From Candidatus Hydrothermarchaeota archaeon (GTDB lineage Archaea; CAYFZR01), in assembly GCA_046760505.1 (NCBI GenBank), contig JBHIEG010000006.1, forward strand, positions 1 through 64,000: a stretch of DNA of 64,000 nt, read 5' to 3'. The stretch's first letter is position 1. Every line of letters starts with the position of its first letter. The notes under the pieces are model-generated. The model saw nothing but the letters and a program-made list of their open reading frames with translations, did no database searches and was not told the DNA's origin. Positions 26,207 through 36,805 of the stretch are shown here, one piece after another. Both the position numbers and the translations under genes were made by a program.

Positions 26207-27505
26207 CTAAAACCGGGCTGATACCCAGTCTGTTATCTCTGGATATTCCTTCTCCAGCATTCCTGCTAGTTGAAGGCAGGTCTCTTTCAGGGTTTTGACT
26301 GCAAACGGATGCATCATCATGAATAGATCCCCCCCTGCCAAAGCGAGGGTCAGTCCTGTTACAACTTCCCACAGAGGACCTCTCAGTTCTCTTGGCCCCC
26401 ATTCCTCTCCTTCAACGGGAGATTGTTTCATCCAAGCCTCTCTTGCTCCCCAGGCATTTGTAGTTCCGCTGGACATCGGGAAGTTTAGGTCTCTATCCCC
26501 CTTCAAACCGCTTATTCTTATCCTTTGCATGTTTGTAAAGGCATAATCCAATCCATAACCCAGAGCTGCTGTAGTAGGGTCCATAATTATCTGGTCTCTT
26601 GGAACTCCCTCTCTAAACAAGTATCTGTTTAGCGTTTTTTGATTGTTTATATCTAGCTGCGTCCATGATAAAACGACGTGCCCATAGTCTATTGCTGCCT
26701 TGGCAACTCTCTTATAATCTAGATTTAGGCTTGCAGATGCTAATAGAACTCTTTCTCCTTCCGCAACTTTTGCTGCTTCTTCTAAAACTTCTGGATCTTT
26801 CTCCGGAACTCCAGATCCCCCTACCACGATTGGCACCTTAACCGCTTGTAGTATATCTTCAACAACCTTTGCAGCCTCTTTAGAAGGCGTATCTTTTATA
26901 GCGGGATCTGTGGAGATAAGGTGTATCGTTACCATATCGGCGCCAAATTCCTTTACACACTTCTTTGCCCAATCAGATGGGTCTTCCATCACATCCTCTA
27001 TGGTTGCCTTAACAGGTCCTGCTAAGGGAATGGGCATATCAAAAACGTCTACTGTTACTACCGGAACGTTAGGATTTTTTGCCTCGAAGTTGTAAAATGG
27101 CAGAGTTTTATGACCTCCTACCTTAATTACATAGTCTCTTGTTCCGCCATCTGATTTTGTCGCGCCAAGTGTTATCTCTTCTATCTCCTGTAGCCATTTT
27201 ACCTTTGGAATCTCAAATGTGGCTGGCTCTAAGGTAACCTTAGGTACTTCAGGAACGGCTTCAGGAGCAGTAGGAACGGTTGGAATGGTTATACTTACTC
27301 CTGTGAGTTCCTGCAAACTTTGAGCCAGTAGTTGTGCGTAATAAGCTACTTTATAGAGTGCAGGTGGAATCTGCATCTGGCCTGGCTCAATTTCAATGAC
27401 CATCTCGCCATCTTCTCCTAGTTCTATGGTCACATCTTCTAGTTCTTCAATATTAAATGTCTCTAAGATTTTTAAAAGCTCTGAGAGGTCGATTTTTTCC
27501 TCCAA
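26207..27505 (-). CDS. cdhD: ACDS delta subunit (corrinoid FeS protein small subunit)
   Basis: HLISTDP, MDPTTAALGYGLDY, SSGTTNAWGAREAW, MMMHP. Confidence 0.97.
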   Translation of the reverse strand: MEEKIDLSELLKILETFNIEELEDVTIELGEDGEMVIEIEPGQMQIPPALYKVAYYAQLLAQSLQELTGVSITIPTVPTAPEAVPEVPKVTLEPATFEIPKVKWLQEIEEITLGATKSDGGTRDYVIKVGGHKTLPFYNFEAKNPNVPVVTVDVFDMPIPLAGPVKATIEDVMEDPSDWAKKCVKEFGADMVTIHLISTDPAIKDTPSKEAAKVVEDILQAVKVPIVVGGSGVPEKDPEVLEEAAKVAEGERVLLASASLNLDYKRVAKAAIDYGHVVLSWTQLDINNQKTLNRYLFREGVPRDQIIMDPTTAALGYGLDYAFTNMQRIRISGLKGDRDLNFPMSSGTTNAWGAREAWMKQSPVEGEEWGPRELRGPLWEVVTGLTLALAGGDLFMMMHPFAVKTLKETCLQLAGMLEKEYPEITDWVSARF

Positions 27506-28270
27506 CTAATATACCTCCTCAAGTTTATTCAGTATATCTTTAATCGCCAACATAGAGGGTGAATCTTCAGGCAATTCAACCACAGGTTTTCCTTCAAGAT
27601 CATAAAGGGAAACATTCTTGTCTTCCGGTATTACTCCAATAACCTCCAATCCAAGTTCATTTGCTTTTTTTCTTAAACTCTCTTCCATCCCCGGCAGTAC
27701 TCGATTTAGAATTACCGCCATATAATCAAACTTTATTTCAAGTTCTTTCGCTAGCTCTTTAATTCTTTCTGCTGTTTTTAAGCCTTTAACTGTAGGATCT
27801 GTAACTACCAGCAGGATATCAACGTCTCTTGTTGTTCTTCTACTCATGTGTTCGAGTCCAGCTTCAGTATCTATTACAGTGATATCGTAGTGTCTGGCGA
27901 ATTTGTCTATTATGTCTCTCAGCATATGATTTACAAGACAATAGCATCCAGGACCTTCTGGTCTTCCCATTACCAAGAGATCAAATTTTGGCCCCTCAAC
28001 AACTATCTCCATTATTTTTCCTTCTAGTAGGACGTCTTTTGAAGTTCCTGGTGGAAGCGATCGAAAGTCATCGGAGATTTTTTCTCTTATATCACCCACA
28101 GTTTTCTCAAATTCAATACCCAATGCCTCTGGCAAGTTGGAGTCAGCGTCGGCATCAACTGCCAAGATAGATTTGGAATTTTTACTCAGTAAATGAATTA
28201 AACTAGCCGAAACGAATGTTTTTCCGGTACCTCCTTTACCAGAGACGGCTATTACTGTACCTTTCTTCAA
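27506..28270 (-). CDS. cooC: CooC/AcsF-type maturation ATPase
   Basis: GKGGTGKT, MGRPEGPGCYC, DTEAGLEHMSR. Confidence 0.9.
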   Translation of the reverse strand: MKKGTVIAVSGKGGTGKTFVSASLIHLLSKNSKSILAVDADADSNLPEALGIEFEKTVGDIREKISDDFRSLPPGTSKDVLLEGKIMEIVVEGPKFDLLVMGRPEGPGCYCLVNHMLRDIIDKFARHYDITVIDTEAGLEHMSRRTTRDVDILLVVTDPTVKGLKTAERIKELAKELEIKFDYMAVILNRVLPGMEESLRKKANELGLEVIGVIPEDKNVSLYDLEGKPVVELPEDSPSMLAIKDILNKLEEVY

Positions 28271-28298
28271 GATGTTTCCCCTGGAAATTTGAGAGACC

Positions 28299-29744
28299 TT
28301 ACTTGGTCTCTCTCTTTACAATTACTTTGTCTATGTGTATTTTTGCGCCTTTCAGTACCAGTCTTATTGTTCCCCCTGCAATAGGCATTCCTGCTGGAAC
28401 CGTTGGCATGCTCGGGGCTGTAACCTGCATTTCCGGCATTGGAGTTACCCCCGGTGTAGGAGTTGGAGGCGCCTCAGGTGCTGGAGCTTCTTCTGGAGGA
28501 ACCTCTTCAGGAACTTCCTCTACCCAGGAAGCCACTACTGGATGACCTCTTTCCTTGAGGAATGCCTTTAGTTCCTCTATATCCTTCACATCTTCTTCTG
28601 TAGCGATCTTATCTACAAGATCTTCAGGTATCGCATCCTGTACTCTGTCTTTAAGAGCTTTTGGGAGCCAAACCGTTTTACTCCAACCACCATCTGCCAT
28701 AAGGAATTTTGGCGATCTGAAGTATTCTATTCCTATTCCTAGGAAGCCTGGAACCTGTTTTCCCCCTCCTGTTTGACCAGCCATCGTTGAGAAAGGCAGG
28801 CCATTTACGGTTACTCCCTTGAAGTCTCTGTGAACCCAGCCGAATCCATCTACTTCTGGTATGTAGAAACCTATAACTTCAAAACATCCGCAAGATGTAT
28901 GAGGATATTGCATAAAGCTGTGGAGCCATATTCTATCATATTCTCCTCCGGAAAGGGTTACAGCGGCCTCATTTACCCCGGAGTATTCACCTACTTCTGC
29001 ATTCAGTAGCTCTCCTTTTGGTATTACCTTCATAGGTCCTTCTGGATCTACTTTGGCAGCGGCTCTTCCGTCAAACCATGTCATGGCTCCGCAAAGAGAA
29101 ACCCTGTCTGGCGTAATCACGCATACATTCGTTGGAGCAAAAGATTGACAGAGAGTACATCCATAAAATGTATCCACGTCCTCCTCGCTTAACTCCCTAG
29201 TTCTTGCGTCCCTCTCCTCATATGCCTTCATGGCTTCTGGCATTCTCTTTTCCACTTCATCCTTGTCGGTAATGTATATGGCTTCTATCTTTTCTATGAA
29301 GGGCAACTCTTGTTTAAACAGAAACATTGTGGCTTGAGCAATCTGTTTTAAGGACTTGAGTCCTTTTTTGATCGCGTCTTTACTTATCCTTATCCAGATA
29401 TCATATCTTTGGTTTAAATGCATGTAACCTTGGATGAAGTTCTGAAACTCGTGATTTCTTCTCTCAATTACGGATTCAAGGTCTTTTTCAACCATTTCCC
29501 CTGCTACCTTGTATATCATGGCAAAAGGATATCTTCCGCCTTCTTCCATATCTTCCAAATCTGGTCCGATTAGGGTAACCCTGTAGTCTTCTATCTCATC
29601 CATCGAAGCAGCTTGAACAAGTTCAAAACCTATTCCTTTAGGACCTGCTAATTCCACGTACATGTCTTCCCCTCTGATTCTCTCCCCCTCGTACATAGGG
29701 CTCATATCAAACGGGAAAACGTCCGCAGTAATTTCTTCAGCCAT
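28299..29744 (-). CDS. cdhC: ACDS beta subunit (acetyl-CoA synthase)
   Basis: YEGERIR, GCTLCQSFAPTNVC, SLCGA, HTSCGCFE, GGGKQ.PGF.G. Confidence 0.97.
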   Translation of the reverse strand: MAEEITADVFPFDMSPMYEGERIRGEDMYVELAGPKGIGFELVQAASMDEIEDYRVTLIGPDLEDMEEGGRYPFAMIYKVAGEMVEKDLESVIERRNHEFQNFIQGYMHLNQRYDIWIRISKDAIKKGLKSLKQIAQATMFLFKQELPFIEKIEAIYITDKDEVEKRMPEAMKAYEERDARTRELSEEDVDTFYGCTLCQSFAPTNVCVITPDRVSLCGAMTWFDGRAAAKVDPEGPMKVIPKGELLNAEVGEYSGVNEAAVTLSGGEYDRIWLHSFMQYPHTSCGCFEVIGFYIPEVDGFGWVHRDFKGVTVNGLPFSTMAGQTGGGKQVPGFLGIGIEYFRSPKFLMADGGWSKTVWLPKALKDRVQDAIPEDLVDKIATEEDVKDIEELKAFLKERGHPVVASWVEEVPEEVPPEEAPAPEAPPTPTPGVTPMPEMQVTAPSMPTVPAGMPIAGGTIRLVLKGAKIHIDKVIVKRETK

Positions 29745-29756
29745 TTTTACGCCTCC

Positions 29757-30284
29757 TTAGAGGTTTTCTATCACCTCTTTTAATTCTTTTTCCCAATCTT
29801 CATCGCTCATATTGCCGAAAGACATCGTAGCGTTGGGATGGTAGTACTTATCAAGGGTTAAGGTTCTCATCTTCCCGAAGTGTTTTAGACACTGCAACAT
29901 GAGCGATTGTTGATAGTATAACCCCCCCACGTAGGCTACTACGTCGTATGGTCCGTTGCCATCTAAACCTTGCCATTCATCATCTCTGAGTAAATTTGTT
30001 ATTTCTAGAATTCCCATAGATTTTGCATTCACTCCCCTATCCTTAAATTCCCTTACCATGTGAGCAGTTGCTATGATTGGAATGTTTTTTTTCTTCGCTA
30101 TTTCGATTATGTAATCTATCAGTTTCTTTTCATTCAATTCGTACAGTATTTGAGATCCTGCTACGATCAACGGTCTTTTTGCCTTGGAAAGTAATTTGCC
30201 TAGGGTCTTTCCATCCGTGGCTCTCGCTGTAACCGGACCTACTATGTTTGCTCTCTCCCAAGGGGTAGCATCTATTTTTGCCAT
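29757..30284 (-). CDS. cdhB: ACDS epsilon subunit
   Basis: KAKRPL, W.GLDG.GPYD, YYHPNA.MSF.N. Confidence 0.95.
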   Translation of the reverse strand: MAKIDATPWERANIVGPVTARATDGKTLGKLLSKAKRPLIVAGSQILYELNEKKLIDYIIEIAKKKNIPIIATAHMVREFKDRGVNAKSMGILEITNLLRDDEWQGLDGNGPYDVVAYVGGLYYQQSLMLQCLKHFGKMRTLTLDKYYHPNATMSFGNMSDEDWEKELKEVIENL

Positions 30285-30287
30285 ATG

Positions 30288-32663
30288 TTACACCCTCCTC
30301 TTTCTTATTAATCTCTCCAGGTTCGTGGGATCGAATCTTGGATCATATGCTCTTACCTGTCCGCCTTTAATTTTCTTATCTTTTACTTCGAATCCATGTT
30401 CTTTCTCCAAAACTTCCAGTAACTCTGATCTTCTTGCAATAGGAAGATCTGTTTCGCTTCTTACGAAGAGATACCAATCCTCTGGATACTCTCCGAAGTA
30501 CTTCTTTGATAGATCTAGGTAATGAGTTAATTTTATCGATCTTCCCGGAGCAGTATCGTTTGGTCTCATTACCATGCGAGCTGTTTGCACTATTGCCTCT
30601 TCTTTGGTCTCTGCTGTATAAATCAAATGCTCAGGTCCGGGCTCGAAGTAATGGAAGGAGCCATCTTTTGCATCTATGATCTGCCATTCCTCTTTTTTGT
30701 CCTTTCTTCCAAGATACATTCTCCTGTATTTAGATCCGTGGGGACCAACTATAACTGGAACTCCAAGTCTGTTACATCCGGTAGCAATAGATGCTGCCTT
30801 TTGAGAATATGCTCCCCATGCTACTCCTACCGCGCCAACTCTGTTGAGTATATAATCCGCTATCTCCTCGAAGTTTGCTCTAAGGTTTCTCATCGCAAAT
30901 ATGTTTGCTACCTTTATGGCTGCTCCAGCAATATGGGCGTTAGATACGCAAGAGCCCGTATTACATATATTTCCTGCATCAAAAGCTCCGGGATATCTCT
31001 CCCATATGGTCTTTCCTTCCTCATCCTTATAGAATGACACATCCATTGCCGCGCATCCTGAGGTTACAACAATGTAATTTCTAGATGCAAATTCGTTGGC
31101 CATTTCAAAAAGATCTTTTCTTGATCCAGGATAGTTTGAGCAACCCACGTAGGCTATTACCCCGGGTATTGTTCCTAAGACAATGGGAGCGCCAACGTTT
31201 CTTATCTCCACGTCTGAGACTGCTCCTCTTCCGGATCTCATGACAGATTTTTCAGTCTTTATCTGCGCCTCTGACGCTGCCTCGATTAAGTTCAACGGCT
31301 CAATACCCTGAGGACATTCTATAGCGCATTTTCCACATCCTATACATCTTTCATGCAATTCCACAAGTAATGAGAAATCTCCTTTAGATGCTGTCTCGTT
31401 TGCTGTGTGAATAGGTAAGTTACTGGGACAAACACGCCTACATTTCTCACAGGAAGTACAAGTTGATGCGATTTCCTGAACTTTGCTCAGATCAGGGATT
31501 ATTTTAAATTTCTTCCTCTTTGGAGCAATTGCTTGAGCAACCTTGACTGCCACTTCCCCTACCTTATAGGGGTCTGATATGAATGCTCCGGGCAACTTCC
31601 CCTCGACAAGATCTTTCACAATTCCATCCGCCGGATCATTGGTCCTATTTGGCAATCCATAAAGGATCTTATCCATGGTTGTGATAACCGGTGCCTTAAT
31701 CTTCTGGGCTTCTTGTAAAATATCTGCCCTCACGCATTGTTCGTCCACAACTATAACGTCTGGAACGCCAGATCTTATGAATTTAAGTTGTTGAGATATC
31801 GGTCCTATTACCTTTGCTTTTGTGTAGTACCTTGTCATGTCATGAGCAGTGCAACATATCGCACAAACTTCGACCTCGTCTTCTAATCCGTGATCCACCA
31901 TGTAGTCGATGATTCCTACGCCAGGCAGTACGTTATGTCCTATACCTAGGATTACGGGTTTTTCTTTATCTATTGCTCCCATTCCTATCTCTACCAAAGG
32001 CGCATCGGGATCTGCCTTTGGGAATCCTAGACAAGATATCTGAGCGACATCTGCCACTTCCATGGCGAGAAGATCAAGCATACCCGTGTGGAGTGCTTTA
32101 GACTCAAAATCTAAGTAAGATCCTTCCTGCCCCGTATGTACTGCAGCAAGGCAGTGAGTTATCTGTTCTTCAACGTAGTCCAAAACCTCCTCCAAATCAC
32201 CTAATGTAGTTGGCCTCATTCCCACGATTAATCTTGTCAGAGGAGCCTCTACATTTATGACATCCTTACCAACATCTATCGGATGATCTCGTCCAAACCT
32301 ATCTATCAATTGATGAAGCATGTGTCTTGTGTGAGCAGTATGGGCCGCACAACCTATTAAGCAAGCAGCAAGAACTATTCTTCCTGTCTGATTTGAGATG
32401 TCTATTCCACAAGCTCCCCTTCTCTCTCCAGAAAGATCACATTTCCCCATAGTACACAAACAGCACATATCGCAGTACGGCGCATAGAAAGGATGGTATC
32501 TTCTCAGCAAGGTGAAATCCCAGTCTCTTAGATCTATTATGCTTGGTTTTGGCGTTGGACCCATTGGCTCTTCCCAAATTTCAGCTTCTTCTATGATCCT
32601 TCCTATGGTAATGGTAACTCCTTCCAGACCTTCCACAGCGATCCTTTCTGGGTTTTTGGCCAT
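30288..32663 (-). CDS. cdhA: ACDS alpha subunit (Ni-CO dehydrogenase)
   Basis: MGPTPKP, CDMCCLCTMGKC, GHNV, ICCT, two extra ferredoxin motifs, GSCVSNAH, WGAYSQKA. Confidence 0.98.
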   Translation of the reverse strand: MAKNPERIAVEGLEGVTITIGRIIEEAEIWEEPMGPTPKPSIIDLRDWDFTLLRRYHPFYAPYCDMCCLCTMGKCDLSGERRGACGIDISNQTGRIVLAACLIGCAAHTAHTRHMLHQLIDRFGRDHPIDVGKDVINVEAPLTRLIVGMRPTTLGDLEEVLDYVEEQITHCLAAVHTGQEGSYLDFESKALHTGMLDLLAMEVADVAQISCLGFPKADPDAPLVEIGMGAIDKEKPVILGIGHNVLPGVGIIDYMVDHGLEDEVEVCAICCTAHDMTRYYTKAKVIGPISQQLKFIRSGVPDVIVVDEQCVRADILQEAQKIKAPVITTMDKILYGLPNRTNDPADGIVKDLVEGKLPGAFISDPYKVGEVAVKVAQAIAPKRKKFKIIPDLSKVQEIASTCTSCEKCRRVCPSNLPIHTANETASKGDFSLLVELHERCIGCGKCAIECPQGIEPLNLIEAASEAQIKTEKSVMRSGRGAVSDVEIRNVGAPIVLGTIPGVIAYVGCSNYPGSRKDLFEMANEFASRNYIVVTSGCAAMDVSFYKDEEGKTIWERYPGAFDAGNICNTGSCVSNAHIAGAAIKVANIFAMRNLRANFEEIADYILNRVGAVGVAWGAYSQKAASIATGCNRLGVPVIVGPHGSKYRRMYLGRKDKKEEWQIIDAKDGSFHYFEPGPEHLIYTAETKEEAIVQTARMVMRPNDTAPGRSIKLTHYLDLSKKYFGEYPEDWYLFVRSETDLPIARRSELLEVLEKEHGFEVKDKKIKGGQVRAYDPRFDPTNLERLIRKRRV

Positions 32664-32909
32664 AATCTTACCTCCTGATTTCTCTCTTTCCTGATTACTA
32701 TCACCAGATAATGAAGCATATATAAAGTTATCTTGCCTACTTAATGAGATACTCGGCCATGAATTTTATATTACTTAGTTATTTTTCTCTGAGAAGCCGG
32801 ATCGCAGAATTTTTTCGTTTTAAGGAGTTCCTTGGATCAAAGGAAAAATGCCCAAAAGTTTATGATACTTACAGAACAAATTATACTTAAGAATAAAACA
32901 GGATGGCTT

Positions 32910-33662
32910 ATGGAAGGGAAGGGGATAGGCGAAGGAGAACTCAGAATAATATCTGAGTTCGCGAATTGTTATGATGTAGTTGAAAACATGCCTAAGTTCA
33001 TATATTCTCCTAGGATAATAAGAGACTTTTCATCGAAATTAAAGGAGATTGAGAAAGATCTGATGGAGTTTCTTTCAAAGAAGATAAATAAAAAATATGT
33101 TGAGAGGCTGTTAAAAGATAACATAGAGATAGTCAAGAAGAAGAGAATGAATTTTGGACGTTATGAGGTAATCCCGTATTTCAGAAGGAGAGAAATAGAG
33201 CATTTAACAAAACTGCACCGACAGACCTTGGATGTCGCTATCTTGGATGTCCTGTCGAGGGAAGGCATTATAAATTTACCTCTAGAAGAGCGCGAAACCA
33301 TAAAAAATAGAATCTGGCTTGGTCTTGAATTAAAGACTTTTGCTATGCTGGGCGGATTACATATACCCGATGAAACCACGTTTTCAGATGAGATCATAGA
33401 AAAAATCTCGGAGGAATGTGTGGAAAATCTTTACAGAAAAATAGTTGAAGAAAGAAAGAAATACTTAAAGCATATAATAACCGTGCTTGATTTCAGGTAT
33501 AAAATAGAAAAATACGATCTGGACCCAGATCTCTGGCAATATTTTACAGTTATAGAAGCAGTCAGACTTTTAGGATTGACTGGAGAATTTGTCTACGACT
33601 TCATAAAACTATCAGAGCTCATTCAGAAAATGGAGGGAATAGAATACAAGATCGAGGAGTAA
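32910..33662 (+). CDS. Hypothetical helical protein
   Basis: Long ORF with host-like composition, 1 nt from the next gene; no motif recognised. Confidence 0.6.
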   Translation: MEGKGIGEGELRIISEFANCYDVVENMPKFIYSPRIIRDFSSKLKEIEKDLMEFLSKKINKKYVERLLKDNIEIVKKKRMNFGRYEVIPYFRRREIEHLTKLHRQTLDVAILDVLSREGIINLPLEERETIKNRIWLGLELKTFAMLGGLHIPDETTFSDEIIEKISEECVENLYRKIVEERKKYLKHIITVLDFRYKIEKYDLDPDLWQYFTVIEAVRLLGLTGEFVYDFIKLSELIQKMEGIEYKIEE

Positions 33663-33663
33663 T

Positions 33664-34335
33664 ATGCGGGTGGCATGTTTATTCTCAGGTGGAAAAGATT
33701 CTAATCTTGCGTTATTTCGCGCAATAAATCAAGGATTAGATGTCAGATATCTTGTGACAGTTTTTCCAAGATCTAGGGAAAGTTACATGTATCACTACCC
33801 ATGCATACGTATTACGGAACTTCAGGCAAAATGTATTGGACTACCTTTAATAAGCAAAGAGAGCATTCCTGAAAAGGAGAGAGAATTAGAAGACTTGAAG
33901 GAAACCCTATCAAAATTAGATATAGATGGAGTAGTTTCAGGAGCACTGGCATCTGAATATCAAAAGAGAAGAATTGAGAGAATATGTGGAGAACTTAAAA
34001 TAGAGTCAATCACTCCTTTATGGCAAGACGATCCAGTATCGGTGTTGAGAGAAGTAAGTGAAAAATTTCACGTAATCATATCAGGCGTGAGCGCTCAGGG
34101 ACTTAAAAAAGACTTGATTGGAAGAGATCTGGATAGGGAATGTGTAGAAAAATTAATGGATCTCAACAGAAAGTACAAGATACATTTAACAGGAGAGGGA
34201 GGAGAATTCGAGACCTTAGTTCTAGATGCTCCATTTTTCAGAAAAAGAATAGAAATCTTGGAAAAAGAAGTTATTTGGGAAGGAGACAGCGGATATCTAG
34301 ATATAAAAAAAGCCACATTGATTGATAAACATTAA
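33664..34335 (+). CDS. Diphthine--ammonia ligase family (Dph6 / TIGR00289-like)
   Basis: LFSGGKDS, SYMYH, GALASEYQ, PLW, GEGGEFET.VLD.P.F. Confidence 0.9.
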   Translation: MRVACLFSGGKDSNLALFRAINQGLDVRYLVTVFPRSRESYMYHYPCIRITELQAKCIGLPLISKESIPEKERELEDLKETLSKLDIDGVVSGALASEYQKRRIERICGELKIESITPLWQDDPVSVLREVSEKFHVIISGVSAQGLKKDLIGRDLDRECVEKLMDLNRKYKIHLTGEGGEFETLVLDAPFFRKRIEILEKEVIWEGDSGYLDIKKATLIDKH

Positions 34336-34390
34336 AATCGAGATTTCAAACCATTTAATTTTAATAACCATGGTTGAAAAGTGGATAGAC

Positions 34391-35467
34391 ATGTTGCACA
34401 GCGAGTTAAAGACAACAGTGGTTGGGAGTTTTCCTCTAAAGCCATTTCATGATGTAGACTATGAGTACGCTCCTTATTTTAATAGAGAAAAAATATTTTC
34501 TGAAAAAGAGCCTGTAGTTACCCATCCATACATACCGAGTATGGCAAAAGCCTTGGAGATTCAGGTAAGGGCAGGAATTGATTATCCTTGTTATGGACAG
34601 CTACAAGACATGAATCTGATGTTTTTGGGCCCCCTAGCGAGAAAGAAATGTGGAATAAAAATCATAAACAATAAAGCATACGTTGTCGAAGATCTTAAGC
34701 CGCCCAAAACAAGTATTGCTCAGGATGTGTTGCTCTGGGCGAACAGATACAGGAGATATTTTGAGGGGGTAAAAATCCCTTTGACCGGGCCGATAACATT
34801 AGCCTCTGTCTCCAGTGTAGGCGATAAATCCGTCTTGAATTATCCGGAGCTTATCAGGGATCTTTCGGAAATAGTAGCCAAGATAGCAAGAGACTACGAT
34901 AAAAACGGAGCAGGTATAATAACTCTAGATGAACCAAGTCTGCCATACGCTACTTATATAGGAATAGACAGCGATTTAATTATAGATTGTTTAAACAAAG
35001 TGATAAAAGAAATAAAAAAAGCCATCCCCGCGATTCATGTATGTGGGAAGTTGGATAGCACTACTACAGAGATTTTACTGGAAACAGATGCTTTATTAGT
35101 GGATCATGAGTTTGCTTCCATACCAGAAAACTTAGATGCTTATTCAAAATCAGATCTAGATAAATACGATAAAATCATTGGTTTAGGTTGCGTTGTAAGT
35201 AACATTGATCCAGAAAAGTTGATAGAAATCTCAAAAGGACAAAATTGGAATTCTGTTGTTGAAACAAAGGAAGAAATATCTGATTTCATAAAAAAAGCAG
35301 CCAATAAATTTGGAATCGAAAGACTTGTCTTGGATCCTGATTGCGGGTTCGGTGGATTGAAACACTACATCAAGGGAGAACTTACCGAAAATGTACTGCT
35401 GAAAATATGTTACCAAAAAATGAAGAACATGGTTGATGTTGCGAGAGATTTGAGAAAATTAACCTAG
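34391..35467 (+). CDS. Core (single-barrel) cobalamin-independent methionine synthase, MetE/MesA-like
   Basis: TTVVGSFP, Q..AGID...GQ, TGPITLA, DEP, Zn ligands HVC / HEF / PDCGF; no N-terminal folate barrel; start uncertain. Confidence 0.8.
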   Translation: MLHSELKTTVVGSFPLKPFHDVDYEYAPYFNREKIFSEKEPVVTHPYIPSMAKALEIQVRAGIDYPCYGQLQDMNLMFLGPLARKKCGIKIINNKAYVVEDLKPPKTSIAQDVLLWANRYRRYFEGVKIPLTGPITLASVSSVGDKSVLNYPELIRDLSEIVAKIARDYDKNGAGIITLDEPSLPYATYIGIDSDLIIDCLNKVIKEIKKAIPAIHVCGKLDSTTTEILLETDALLVDHEFASIPENLDAYSKSDLDKYDKIIGLGCVVSNIDPEKLIEISKGQNWNSVVETKEEISDFIKKAANKFGIERLVLDPDCGFGGLKHYIKGELTENVLLKICYQKMKNMVDVARDLRKLT

Positions 35468-35964
35468 AATATATAATTTATGCTCGATTTATCGAAATCA
35501 TCTACCATTTCTATATCCAAGTTTCTTGGGAAGTACTCCACGGTAGGATAAACTAGGTTGGGAAAGAACCCGCCCATGTCTTTAGCCATTTTAGTGACCA
35601 AGTGACCTTCACCAAATATCTCTTTAGAAATCCAGTAAACTAATTTTCTCGTTTTACTCTCGTCTAAATAACCTAAAGAATGAATGTACTCGTGCAACAA
35701 AATGTTAAAGGCGTATGCGTTGAACAAACCAGGATCCGTTTGGAGTATCCTCCTTATGGGTGTTTTGTTCATCACGATTATATTGGAACCTACCGGATAA
35801 AATGCTCCAATCCAGAAGTCCTTGCTACTGCCTAATTCAGCTAATCCCAGTGTTAGACCTGCTCTTCCTGTACCCATCGTTTTCCAAACTACTTCTTTTA
35901 CAATCTCGAATATGTCTCCTATGGTCTTTGCTTCCTCTAATTTTTGAGCATGGGATTTAGGCAT
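35464..35964 (-). CDS. Putative zincin-like metallopeptidase (HExxH)
   Basis: IGAFYPVGSN.I.MN, LLHEYIHSLG..DE. Confidence 0.65.
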   Translation of the reverse strand: MPKSHAQKLEEAKTIGDIFEIVKEVVWKTMGTGRAGLTLGLAELGSSKDFWIGAFYPVGSNIIVMNKTPIRRILQTDPGLFNAYAFNILLHEYIHSLGYLDESKTRKLVYWISKEIFGEGHLVTKMAKDMGGFFPNLVYPTVEYFPRNLDIEMVDDFDKSSINYIF

Positions 35965-35975
35965 AAACTTCCTCC

Positions 35976-36716
35976 CTATTTTTGAGCCTTAACAGTGATG
36001 GAGTATCCGTCCAAACTAAATTTCTCAATCGAAAAGAGTTTAATTTTCTCTAAGATTTGGATTTCTGAGAATCCCGCCTTTTTTATGGTTTCTAAATACT
36101 CATTTTCTGGTAAAGCTCCCGCTATACAAGATATCCAGAGATTAAGGTCTTCTCTTATATGATCAGGCACGGGTTTTTCCGTCACAATATCTGATACAAC
36201 AATCTTGCCGCCCTTCTTTAAAACTCGGTACGCTTCCCTGAAAACCTTCTCTTTGTCTGTTGCGAGATTTATCACACAGTTACTAATTATTGTATCAACT
36301 GAATTACTTTCTATGGGCATATTTTCCATATCCCCATGTTTGAATTCCACATTATTGAGTTTTAGCTTTTTTGCATTGTTCGTCGCCTTTTTAATCATTT
36401 CCTTTGATAGATCCAGACCAATTACCTTTCCGGTATCTCTAACCTTTTTTGCTGCAATAAAAACATCTAATCCTCTTCCCGAGCCTATATCCAATACAGT
36501 GAGGCCTTCATTTATTTCTGAAAAAAGGATGGGATTTCCACAGCCCAAAGAAAGATCGGATATTTCTGGAAATTCTTCGGGAAATTCATCTGTTAGGTTC
36601 TGATAGTATCTGCGAAGTAGTGAAAGTGATGTTTCAGGAGGACAGCATTCTTTTAAACAAGACAGGTTCTTTCTTGCTATCTCATCGTACTTTTTTACAA
36701 TTTCTTCTTTTTTCAT
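35976..36716 (-). CDS. arsM: Arsenite methyltransferase
   Basis: N-terminal C..CC, SLGCGNP, VLDIGSGRGLD, ISNCVINL, W..CIAGAL. Confidence 0.88.
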   Translation of the reverse strand: MKKEEIVKKYDEIARKNLSCLKECCPPETSLSLLRRYYQNLTDEFPEEFPEISDLSLGCGNPILFSEINEGLTVLDIGSGRGLDVFIAAKKVRDTGKVIGLDLSKEMIKKATNNAKKLKLNNVEFKHGDMENMPIESNSVDTIISNCVINLATDKEKVFREAYRVLKKGGKIVVSDIVTEKPVPDHIREDLNLWISCIAGALPENEYLETIKKAGFSEIQILEKIKLFSIEKFSLDGYSITVKAQK

Positions 36717-36743
36717 GTTGATCCCTCTATTTTGAATTTATAA

Positions 36744-36753
36744 TGGACGTCCA
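36744..36753. promoter_or_regulatory. Palindromic operator 1
   Basis: Perfect TGGACGTCCA within ATAATGGACGTCCAATAT, upstream of arsM. Confidence 0.65.
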
Positions 36754-36783
36754 ATATTAAGAATATATGCTAATACTTAAATA

Positions 36784-36799
36784 TATTGGTCGACCAATA
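36784..36799. promoter_or_regulatory. Palindromic operator 2
   Basis: Perfect 16-bp TATTGGTCGACCAATA just upstream of the PadR ATG. Confidence 0.7.
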
Positions 36800-36805
36800 A
36801 TATCC

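Noticed and set aside
28420-28520. Repetitive Pro/Glu/Ala-rich sequence in cdhC
   Set aside because: This is the ordinary low-complexity linker of ACDS beta subunits, not a DNA repeat element.
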